Below, piece by piece: positions 1-11,786 of a stretch of DNA of 64,000 nt (position 1 is the first letter of the stretch; every line of letters begins with the position of its first letter). The notes under the pieces were generated by a model. The model searched no databases, was not told the DNA's origin, and was given only the letters and a program-made list of their open reading frames with translations. Source of the DNA: Adineta vaga (taxonomy: Eukaryota; Animalia; Rotifera); the NCBI GenBank assembly GCA_021613535.1, contig CP075497.1, forward strand, positions 13,702,001-13,766,000, in the 5' to 3' direction. Position numbers and translations under genes: made by a program.

Positions 1-1275
1 TCATGATTGTTCCAGTGTGTTCAGCTGCGTTCAAATCAGGTGAAATTCCGGACCAAATATTGTTACCCCAAAAATTGATATTGTTGTCTTGTAACAAGTG
101 TTGAGTCACATTTGCTTTCATGTACGGTGCTTTATCATGAACAAATACGACTTCATTCACGTCAATCACATTTTTGCTATTTTTCAAGAACGAAAATATT
201 GACCGGTTCAGGATTCGCCTTTGTCTTTCACTATCCCTTTCAGGGCAGGTGGTACAGCATAGGTACCACTAGTAGTGAATTGATCGAAAATCTTAGGTAT
301 GTATTTTTTTAATTTGTGTTGGCATCCGATATCAAGCTAATTGTTGAGACGAGTAACGTGCGTATATGTGCTATCTACCTCGAAAAAGTTTAAATGATAG
401 ATGAAAATTTGAAGTCCATTAATATGCACTAATTTCACACCGCATCATTCTATTCTGAAATCTCAATCCCGTCACGAAAGGGCTATGCAATGTAATTTTT
501 TGGCGGTCAGTATGACAGAAACGCCAATGTATGCTTGATCCTTTTCAATATCTTCAACACAGCTGACCCCAACTCTACCGTTTTGATAATTCGGCTTGCG
601 TACTGACCAAACGAAAAACTCATCAGCTGGTGCCAGATAGAAAAAATCCTCTTAAGTCCAGTCTTTTAACCAATTGCAAAGCCATAAACGATTGGAAATG
701 TGAGTTTCTGTTTTCAGAGGCTTTTGTGTAACATAAAAAGGCTTTAGTCCTGCTCTGTGACGATAATTATCGGTCGTGCTTCGATGAACATACTCCTTCT
801 GTTTCTTGGCTATTTTTTTGTTTGCCGCTCGCATTGAGAATGATGTTTTGGCTCTCTTGCGATAACTTAAGGTTACGACCACACGCTGAGTAGTCTGCAA
901 AACATTCATCATAGGACTTTTCCAACCACTGAGAAACAAACCGTACTGAACGATGAACTTTTTCGGCAACCCATTGTCGGGTTATGGATGCAGCACTAGC
1001 ACCACGAGCCTCACGAAAAGCAATACATTTTACTCGGTCGATGGTTCTCTGTTCCTCGTTGTCATAAATTTCAGCCATTATGCGCGCTAAATCAGTGAAT
1101 TTCGAATAAAGAAGGTTTATAAATGACGAATGAACGCTTGCGAGATGTTAACAGAATTTTACAGCAGAAAAAGGAATAAGCATGCGGAGTTATATATATA
1201 TATATATTAGTGAGAGTGCAAAAGGAGAAGCTGCCCGAACATTCCTTAGACAGAATTGCATCCGAACACACTAGT
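1..1275 (-). mobile_element. Decayed Tc1/IS630-like DNA transposon (transposase pseudogene), truncated by the window edge
   Basis: Minus-strand fragments: N-terminus MAEIYDNEEQRTIDRVKCIAFREARG (1078-767); WLKDWT*EDFFYLAPADEFFVW with the first catalytic D (~690-600); FVHDKAPYMKAN...IWSGISPDLNAAEH (~150-15), matching the DNAPxH and SPDLNxIE motifs. Frameshifts and stops are present, with unrelated sequence at ~200-550. The outer end near 1275 is tentative. Confidence 0.75.
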
Positions 1276-1933
1276 TAGAAGAAGAGAGAATACATATATT
1301 TTATACACAACAGTCAGCAGAACGCAAGAAAAGAGAGGTATATATGTGTCCAGTAGTGCTCACGGTAATACTGTGTTGATAACAACGTTTGAGGCGAAAG
1401 AAAACCGTTATGACCTTAATAAAAGAAAATATCATAACGGTCGAAAAAATGCTTTATTCGAAGTTTTCGAGATTCACTTTGTTCTATGTAGGTGACAATA
1501 ATCTATCGGATCACTAACTGTACCTGTTAACTCCGTTTTTCACGAACTTTCATTTGGTATAAATTCAATATTGATATCATTTGCCACTGGAGTTGTACCC
1601 CCTGAGCAAAACATTTTTTTTAACTCTGTAAAAGAGGCTAGAATGGTGAGAAATGCATATCCTTAAGAGGGTGCGAGAAATAACCTACCTTCTTCAGGAA
1701 ATAGTTCATCTTCCGCAGAATATGTGTCTTCCATATCTCTAAGACCATCTCCAGCATTTCTGACCTGCTAGATATGCGCTAACGAAAAGTTTTTACGTTA
1801 GCTGAAAGTTTCAATTGGAACTACCTTGATTTTCAAAATAGACTGAAATCAGAGGAAGACGTTTCCGTTCTTTATTATAACGTGAAATACTACCTATTTA
1901 GTAAATGTTTTTTAAAGTGCAAACCAGGTGGGA

Positions 1934-2810
1934 TTATTTTTTAAAAGCATATATGAGAAGAAATCCGTCGGCATCTGCGTGATTATCACGTGGCTTTGCC
2001 ACACCCTTGACATGAATGTCTATAAAATTTGCTTCTTCCATTGCTTCCACGAGCGTTCTGTTCGTTGACTGGGAGAGCAAAAAAACATTTATCGATAACA
2101 GTGTAAAACGATTGATTTCGACCATGTGTCAGCAATATAAAACCGCCGTGTTTAAGAAGAGCATATAATCGCTTAACAGTTGCTTTATATACATCCTGCG
2201 TAAGACAAGCATCTTCCAAACACAATGAGCTCAGTATAATATCGTATTGATCAATGTTAGTCTTTTCATCAAGAATAGGGCAATTGTGAGCGTTTACGTC
2301 ACCACAAATTAAAAGACCACCCTTTTTCAGAGCATCACGCAATCGCTCTTCCCATTTAGATAATTCAGCTGTCCTATCTCCAGACTAGAAAGGTGAATGA
2401 AAAACTTTGCTGATTAAACAACAACAATAACAACAACAGAATTCCAGTATACTTGCCTGCTGTTTATATTCTTGCAAAATAGTTTCAAAAAGCTCACTCC
2501 AATCATGAGCATCTTCTTCACGACTGATCCATTGTTCTACCGCTTTTAAATTACTCGGTGTGTAGTCAGTGAAATGAATCGAATCCACATATTGTGCAAG
2601 TAAAAATGATGAGTACAGCGCTGGACCGCCGCCAAACTCCAGAGCATGTGAATGACCTAAACGCTCTTTGTTCTGAACAAAAATACTTATCATCTCTTTA
2701 AGAAGAATATCGAACGATGGAATCATTTCGAAAAACATGTAGGAACTAAGGTAACCTTCTGTATTGAAATTTGTATGATAATCTTTTGTGTGCAATCGTT
2801 GACTATCCAT
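1934..2810 (-). CDS. NNMT/PNMT/INMT-family SAM-dependent small-molecule N-methyltransferase, 2 exons, 1-nt frameshift near 2056 (pseudogene or sequence error)
   Basis: Motifs DYHTNFNTEGYLSSY, LEFGGGP (motif I), FTDYTPSNL, HDWS, SSLCLEDAC, LLKHGGFILL and SFYTV. Intron 2456-2385 (CAG|GCAAGT...TTCTAG|TCT, phase 0). The spliced length is 805 nt = 268 codons + 1 extra base, which matches the frame switch VNEQ->TLVEAMEEANF. Confidence 0.85.
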
Positions 2811-5535
2811 AGCAGAACTACAATGATAATGAGATAATTCACTCAACAATTGTCCAATAGAGAAGACAAACAACGCGTTTGAACTGGATACTATAAGTAG
2901 TAAAAGATATAAATGAATGCATTAGACGATGCTCGATGAGAGCACGATATACAATCGCGTGTTCGTCACACTTCAGTAATTTCACTTGTTCGTAGGTATA
3001 ATTTTACATCAGTTCGTATATACAGTGAGCATCAAAATCGATCAATCAGCATACGTATCTTTTTTTTCGTCTGTATCTCTATATCAAAGCGACACTGAGT
3101 CACTCAGTTTTTACTTTTCATAGCCTATGACTTCTAGTCTATGTACAAAAAATTCAACCCGAAACTTTTATTTGTTCGTTGTTCACTAAAATAAATGCGG
3201 AAACTACGGATTTTATTCGAGAGTTATGCATACTACAAAAAGTAAATGAGAAAACATAGGAAAATATCAGTATTTCTGCGCTAAATGAAAGATGGTTTGT
3301 CCAGGCATACTCATATTCGAACTAGACTAAAATATCGATGTGATAATACTCTGTAGAACATTTCATGATAGTCGGATTATCCTTTTAGAGGTTATTGTGT
3401 AAACGGACGAGCTGATAATAGTTACAGTAGTAAACTCATTTTTTGAGTACACAACAAAAGTCTTCGGAACTAACTCTTCACTAAGTCCTACGGGACAAAA
3501 ACAGCGCATTTGCAGGGCCTGTGCGGTACTTCTTTAGAGTCCTCAAGGATGAATTTTCTTGAATATCTTGATATAAAACTTAAACGTAATTATAGACAGG
3601 TTGATAGTTTACATGAATTTATAAATAGGAAAAAAGCTTTAAGAACTAGAAAAATAATCAGGTTTTATAAGGAGATTACTACTCAACAACACAACTAAAG
3701 AAAAATGGACTTTTCATGATTTCTCAAAAGTTTGGCACAAAGGAATTTTTAAACAAAGCCTATCGTATTCAGATTTATCGTCAATATTGTACATGACTAA
3801 ACCCACGAACATTCAAAGCGTCTTGTTAAGTTTGATATTCTCAATAATATCAACATGACTGAAGTTGAATTCACCCAGATGTACTTCCCTACTGAACCTT
3901 TGCAGTAGTTTCAACCGCATGCTAAGCTTTTTCCAGATTCAAACAACCAGAATAGAAAGTTGGTTGACAGTAGCTATTACGACGAACATACTTTTCATTA
4001 TATTAATAGAATATATGAAAATCGTTTCTATAAATCAGCCATGATACAACCGATTAAACTTATCCTCAACCTCGACCAAAATATCGATGAGACTCAACTG
4101 TGTAAAAAAACTCACCTCAGTCTGACTCTTCTTTCAAAAATTAGCTTGTAAATGGCTGATAGGACAGAAGACTGGACATACTGATCGATTATAGTAGTGT
4201 ATTCACTTTGGAATACACAGGAAGAACAAGAATACATCATTTTTCATCGTACCAAAATTGTTCAGCTAGAAAAGAGAGGGATAAATTAACACTTCCATAC
4301 GTGAATGAAGAGGGCACTAATTGTATAATTGAATCGCGAGTAGAAAGATACTAATAATTTAGGTCCTACTCGGTCAGTTTTGATGAATTGTTTCTTGTTT
4401 ACAGCTGTAAAAGCATCCATGCACTTCTGCAAATAAATAGTCCGATCGAGAGATTCAGTAGTACTATGGATTCCAAAACTGTTCACTATCTAACCTTCTC
4501 TCGTTATGACTGGGAAGATTTATTATTATATGTTATCTCCAGTCAGAACACCAGTTTTCATTCTACAAACAACATAATTTCATTTAAATTCATGCACATG
4601 GTGTGTTCGAATAGTTAGCGGACTGGTTTTAGTTAAAGACAATAGAATTACGACCGGAGTAAATAGCGAATATAGTTGACATTTTCAATACATGTTTCAA
4701 ACAATTCGCTCGATCAATTACATATAGCTAAGATCAGTTCATACGAACGCCGTGCTCTCTAACATAAAATTAACAGCATATCAAATTTATCTAGAGCTAC
4801 CATTCATTACTAACTATATACGTAAATATCTTTAAATATTGAGTTGGAATTAGTCTTTTGCAACATACAAGTTCGCCTAAGTTTTTGGTTTTCGAATAGT
4901 GTCTGAAGAGTGATCTAAAATATATCTTTATATTTTCACATATTATTCAGCAAACTTATGATTTCTATAGATAGAAGACAGCATGAACTATACACAGATA
5001 ATTATAGAAATTCAATAGCACTTCTTGTTGTTTTTAACTAGAATCTAACTATATCATTATCGAATCTCGTGTCAAACGATTCCTCAATTGTTGGTGTACA
5101 ACTATGACGATGGTCTTCAGCAATCTCATATTATCCATCGTAGTGTAATTAACTGAATGTGTATTATAAGATTTTTCAGCATTATCAGTTTTGAGTTTGT
5201 ATCACTATTTGCCTTTATCCCCGTTATTTCTACTGTTGTATTCGCGATCATGTCCAATAAGCTCATTCATGAACACTCAATACAGAACAACATTCTGGAT
5301 TATTCCACCTAGATCCTCTCTTACCATCGTTGATATCGTTGCTCGGAAGGTGATCGACATCGAGGAACCGAATATGAAGTCAGCTTTACAAAGTTATATA
5401 AATGAATAGCTTGGTGATAGTTATCAATATGACCTCTACGAGAAAGAGTTGAGTAACCCCTCGAACAAGCATTGCTTTTTATTGTAAACAATAAAATACT
5501 AATTAAGTATAAGTAGGAAAAATTAGTTCTGAATG

Positions 5536-6610
5536 TTAATCATATTGTTGAGAATCCATCTTCTGAAAAATAATTCGACAGTATTCCGCTGTTTCATCAT
5601 TATGATCATTTTTGTCAGATTGAACACAATCCTTGGAATAAGAAAGATTTTGAGTATGAGTTTCACAAAGCATGCTTTTCGTAAAATAACTTTTTTGTTT
5701 AATAATGAATTGATTATTTTTCATCATATTATCTATTGTTAAATATTTATTTTTATTTGATCCACACCAAAGAAAATATCCATTTGGGTGAAGTATACGA
5801 GAAATTTCGTAGGTCAATTCTTTCATTTTTTCTTCTTGAAAAAAGTTTTGATTTAAATCAATCCAAATGATAATATCAATCGATTGATTTTCAAATGGTA
5901 AATGTTGGTTATTTATATCAACAAATTGAAAAGATAATTGTGAAATATCTGAATATAATTTTCGACATAATTCAATAAAATCCAAAGAAAAGCTGATTCC
6001 AACATAAGAATAAGGTTTATAAGTTTTCACACACCAGTCAGCACCAACACCACGATCACAATTGATTTCAATAATATGTTGATTTCGAAGTGACAGATTG
6101 GAAATAACCTTAAAAAAATAAAAATCGATATTCAACTATAAGGGATGCAATAAATAACAGCCATTTTTTCGTTTTGACACGGATTTTTATTATCAAATGG
6201 ATGATTTTCGCATATATTGTATGGTATAAAAAAACAATGTAAAGAGAATGATCTCATTTAAATTTTCAAATAGAATTTTTTTGAAAATTCCATTGAATAT
6301 TTCAGTAACTGTGATTAACTACAAGTCACTGTGCTACTTTTAGTTATCTTAGCCTTGTATATGGTTACAAAATCTCTTCATTTTCTACTTACTTGTTCAT
6401 AGAGTCTTTTCAAATAACTATCATTATTCTCATCATCGAGATCTTCAGAACTAAAATTTAAAGAAAATATTGAATTGTTTAATTTCTTTAATTGAAAACT
6501 TCTTTTATACCGAGTAGACAATTTATTTGTAATCTTTGATTGAATTCTATGATCAATCGTATCATTATTAGCTAATACCGATTGAGTTGATATTGTTGTG
6601 ATAAAAGATT
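5536..6610 (-). CDS. Terminal two exons of the NRPS: linker plus class I SAM-dependent methyltransferase-like domain (degenerate)
   Basis: Spliced sequence EDLDDENNDSYLKRLYEQ|VISNLSLRNQHIIEINCDRGVGADW...YVGISFS...HLPFENQSIDII...EISRILHPNGYF resembles the Methyltransf_11 pattern (LEVGCGxGxG, LPFxDxSFD, RVLxPGG). It has no upstream start of its own and is joined by phase-compatible introns 6759-6611 and 6392-6109. Confidence 0.7.
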
Positions 6611-9600
6611 CTGAAAGAAAACTCTGATTCAACTCATTGGAAATAATAATCATTTTGGAATAATAACTGGGATTATTTTTCAAATGTTATTTTTTAAGGA
6701 ACTTTTGATAAAATATTCACTTTCGTGTTTCGAAATGTACAAATAAAAAAGAAACTTACTTGCAGGAATTCCTTTCCAATGAGTATTCAATGATAATTGA
6801 TCATTTTTCATTATCAATGTTAATGGATATAGACGATTATTACCCATTAATTTCGAACCAGGCATGACTATTGAACCACACATTAAAATACAATTATCAT
6901 TAACAATAACAGGAGATAATTTAAAAATACGTTGTTCAAAAGTATGACACTGAAAATGATTAGGAAAGAAAAGTCATTTTTTATTTGAAAAATTGGAATA
7001 AGAATCTTACAACAATAGCTGAATTCATTTGAAGTCGAACATTATCTCCAATTGTTAGAAAATCATAATCAAAAAGCGAATTTATTTCTGGTATAATAAC
7101 GTTTTTACCAATTCGAGCTCCAAATACTCTAAATAAACGGATCAACCATTGTGTATTACCAAGAAATGAACAAAGAAAATCGAAATGAATACGTGTACAT
7201 TTGTACATAATTTGATTTAATAAAATAAGTTGTCGAATTTTCAGTTTAAATTGATATAAAATCAAGACAATTATTGTATGAAGTATTGATCCAATGATAA
7301 AACCATTTGACGAATAAATTAATAATAAAAAATATTTAGTGATAAAATCAGATAAAAATATCGACCAAAATGGATTATTTTTAATTTGACCTTGTTCTTT
7401 AGATACGATTGGCATTTTAAATGGCATTGCTTGACCTGGTACTCCAATGAAAATATCATTTGAATTTGTTTTTGTATGACGAGAAATTCTTGTTAAATTT
7501 CCCACAATTGAATAAGATTTTAAATGACTACCGGGTAATATTGAACATTTATTACCTAGATTTGTAAAAGAATCGAATTGAATTTTATCAACACGATGTT
7601 CTCCTTGATTTGTTATTTCAGTTGGAATTAATAAAATATAATCAAATGTTGCTAAACCTTCGTATAATTCTAATAAGTTCGCTGGATAAGATAAAAATGG
7701 AATAATTTCACCAATTTGAACATCATTTTCAACATATGCACCTAAGAAACGAAGGATAATTGGATAAAATGGATCAAAACTAGTTGTTAATGACCAACAA
7801 TAACGAAAAGTTGTTACAATCAATTGACGAAACCATAGTTTATTTAAATAAGACCATGATCCAACTGAATAAATTTCACCAACATTACAAACTCCAACAA
7901 AATATTTAAGTAAAATTAATGAAATACAACAACCAAATAAAGACCATAAAAACCAGGAAAAAGCTAAAGAAATAAAGAAGGAGAAAGAAGAACTTAATAT
8001 TGAATGAATTTGATAAACAATCATCAATAATAATAAATGAATAAATATTAATAAAATCAATAAAATGATTTGATAGATATTTTGATAAATTGAAAATATT
8101 CTTTCGTTACTTGTGTTTGAAATATTAACTGAAGAGTTTTCGCCATCGATAATTGTATTTGACAAAATAAAACCAGTCACAGTTGACATTGGTTGAATAA
8201 TAATATTGTTTTCCAAAGAAGCTTTTCGAAATAATATTGATCTTGAACCAATTGAACAATTTGCCCCAATTTTTATTTGAAATAATTCAAATGTATTATT
8301 ATCATTATAATGTAAACAATTAAGAATTGTTTCTTTATCAATCCAAGTCCCACAATCAATCTCTAATAACCATGGTGCATCGATTGTTGTTGTATAAATA
8401 TGAGCATCACGATGAACTTTGGCACCACATGAGCAAAGATAATAATTATACAATGATGTTCCAAGAATATGTTGTAACCAAAAACTATTATTTGTCCATA
8501 AACGATCTAAGAAACACCATTGATAATACTTTAATGAGAAAACCTCATAAATGTGATTTTCTTTCAGTGAAAATAAATTTGAACAAATACAATAAAATAA
8601 AAGATGAATAAATGGTAAGAACGGTAAAAACAACCAATAACAATTCCGAATAATGAATAATATTGGTAATAACCATTGAAAAATTAAAAGTATGATACCA
8701 ATTGATTCGATTAGAAATGATGGGGAAAGATTAACTTTTATTGTATCATCATTCAGAGGCAAAGTAACTATCTTCTGTGATTTGGTAGAATTCAAGAGAG
8801 GTTCAATAACATTTGCTAATTGTCGAACTGAAGGATTATTAAATATAATATTTATATCGATTCTTTCAGAAATTCTTTCGCGAATCAATGTCACCAAATG
8901 AACTGCATGCAAAGATGTTCCACCAAATTCCATGAAAGGTATTCTTATAGATGGAGACTCAACATGAAAAACTTCTTCATAAATCTTTTGTAACTTATGT
9001 TCTAAACTTCCTAATGGAATATCATACTCAACTTCTATCCTAGATGAGACAACTTGGGGTGGTGGAAGACTTTTTCGATCAATTTTGCCGTTCGCATTCA
9101 ATGGAAATCTGTCAAGAATAATGAATATCGACGGAATCATATGTGGTGGAAGATGTGATTGACAATGATCACGAAGTTGTTGTTCATTCACAGATGAACT
9201 TTGGACATATGCAATCAGATAATCATCGTGCCATTTCATCACAACACAAGCTGAGATCGACGAAATGAAGAAAAGACATTGTTCGATTTCACCCAGTTCA
9301 ATACGTTGACCATGCACTTTCACTTGATGATCTTTTCGTCCTCGGTAATGAAGAAGACCATTGCCATCCATATGAACAAGATCTCCTGTTCGATAGAACA
9401 ACTCATCATTTACATAAATCAGTGCTTTTGCACTCAGGTCATCACGATGAAGATAGCCAGCGAAGACACCAGCACCACCAACGAACAATTCACCTTCTTC
9501 ATTCACAATGACTGATTGATGGAATTCATCGAATACCAAACATTGATATTGAGGAAGTGGTGAACCAATGGGAACACTTCTGTAGTCGTTCATCAGATTT

Positions 9601-11755
9601 AAAGAATATGTTGTACAACCGATCGTTGCTTCTGCTGGACCATAAAGATTTAATATACGGATGTCGAACATGTACACTTTTCTTAGGACATTCAGCAACT
9701 TTATGGAAAATGGTTCTCCTACGAAACAAGGATATGATTAGCTGTGCAGAGCAACAGGCGACTTTTTTCTCACTTACCACTGCTGCAAAGTGAACGTAGA
9801 TGGAATGAAACAACTGTATTGTTGCATTGTTTCATGTAATTGAAAAAACTAAATATCAAACTTGGTACCGAATGCATGTAGGTGATTTGTTTTTCTTGCA
9901 AGATTGTCCTTAAGTAATCAAAATCGAGTGTACCATGTGGATGAAGCATGACTAACGTTCCTCCAATCATCAGAATGCCAAGAATTTCTTGAACATGAAT
10001 ATCAAATGAGCACCGCGCCATTTGAACAGCAACATCCACGCTATTAAATGAATCAGTATTGGCTAAAGATTGAATACAATTAGCAAAGTTCTTTTGACGA
10101 ACTTGAACCTAAATACCAAATAATCATACTACCATACTCATAAAAACAAAGAAAAATAACCAACCGCTTTAGGTATTCCAGTTGATCCACTTGTAAAGAT
10201 GATGTAGGCGATGTTCTCTGATGAGATCGTCACATTCGATAGTTTGTGAACACCAATATCATCTTTGCTGGAATAGTCATTCATCAAGATCTCATCAATA
10301 TTCACAGACAGTTCACCACTCTCGATGCCAACAAACTTGTCTGATGTCAGCCAATGAACAAGAACAAGTCGACTGTGTGTTTGTTTAACAAGTGATTGCA
10401 AACGATGCTGAGGATCTCGAGGTGACAACGGACAGTATACACCGCCTACCATTTCGATCGCCATCATACCAATCACCTACAAATCAATCACATCCTTTTT
10501 CTTCGATCCACTCTCCGATATCACAATCACTCACCATTGTCATACTTCTTTCCACACATTGACAAATAATATCACCCACCACAATACACTTCTCTTCAAC
10601 AAAATGTAATGACACCATCTGAACAGAATGCAACAACTCTGCATATGTCAACGATTGTTCATCGAGTTCAACTGCCACTTTCTGTGGATGTGTCATGACT
10701 CGTTCGATGAATGCATGAGGAATACACTGATCACTAAGAGCAAGAGGAGCATCGGAGAATGGTGTCAGTTGTGTGTTGTTCTGTGCTTGCAGAAGAAGTC
10801 GATCATGAGGTAAAGACAGTGATAATTGAGGGATGGATATGTCTAGTAGATGAGTGCCATTGGAAGATGAAAACAGCCGATGTAACATGAGATGGAATCG
10901 TTGAGCTATTGTTTGAATCGTTTCACAAGTGAAGAGGTCAAGAGATGCATTGAGGGTGCAAGAAAAGTGATTTGTCGTTGGATCATGCATGAAACTAGCG
11001 ATGAAATCAAATTTACTCATAATTTCATTTTCAGTAATACGAATTGAGAATGGTATATAGGAGAGTCGACTATCTCCAATCGCTGTTTCATGCTGATCCG
11101 TTGCATCGACGAGAGAAGTGATGAACTCAAATGAGGTGTCGAGGAATGAAGGGTGTGAAAGATGAGGATGTTGATTGAGAATGTGTTGAAGTGGATAATA
11201 GGAGTATTTCAATGAGTTTGTTGCTCTTTCACATACGTGATGGATAAGTTGAGTCAATGACCAATGAACATCTAGTTGACATCGAAGTGGAATGGCATTG
11301 GCGAACATTCCAATGATTGAATTGAGTTCTGGTCGATATCGACCATGGACATTCGTTCCAATGCAAAGATCGTGTTGTCCATTGGTGATTTTGAAGAGGA
11401 AAAGAAAATAGAATGAAAGAATGAGATGTTCAAGCGAGATTTGATTTGTTGATGCATAGATGAGAAGTTGATGGGAGAGATGTGAGTCGAAATCAAAAGT
11501 GAGAGATGTTCCACGACCACTTCGATGTTCATTGGAAAGGCGATGTCGATCGTAGGGCAACGCCAGTGGTTGATGAAGTTGACAATGATGAAGTGTGTCA
11601 AGCCAGAAAAGACGTGCACCGGTCATTGACATTTGCTGTTCGATGACGGCATCTAGGAAGGAGAAATGTGGGGAAAGAAAATGAGCAAAGGAATAGAAGA
11701 GAGTGATATTTACAATCGAGATAACGAAGAGTAGTAGTAGTAGTAGTATCATCAT

Positions 11756-11786
<31 letters not shown>

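Noticed and set aside
2900-5500. Short ORFs and a TACAGTG Tc1-like end at 3021
   Set aside because: No recognisable protein motifs and no matching second TIR found.
9279-9515. Repeated plus-strand ORF MFDFTQFNTL... (also 18741, 33968, 42838) and similar repeated short ORFs
   Set aside because: These are antisense or off-frame shadows of the duplicated A and C domain exons, with no independent coding evidence.
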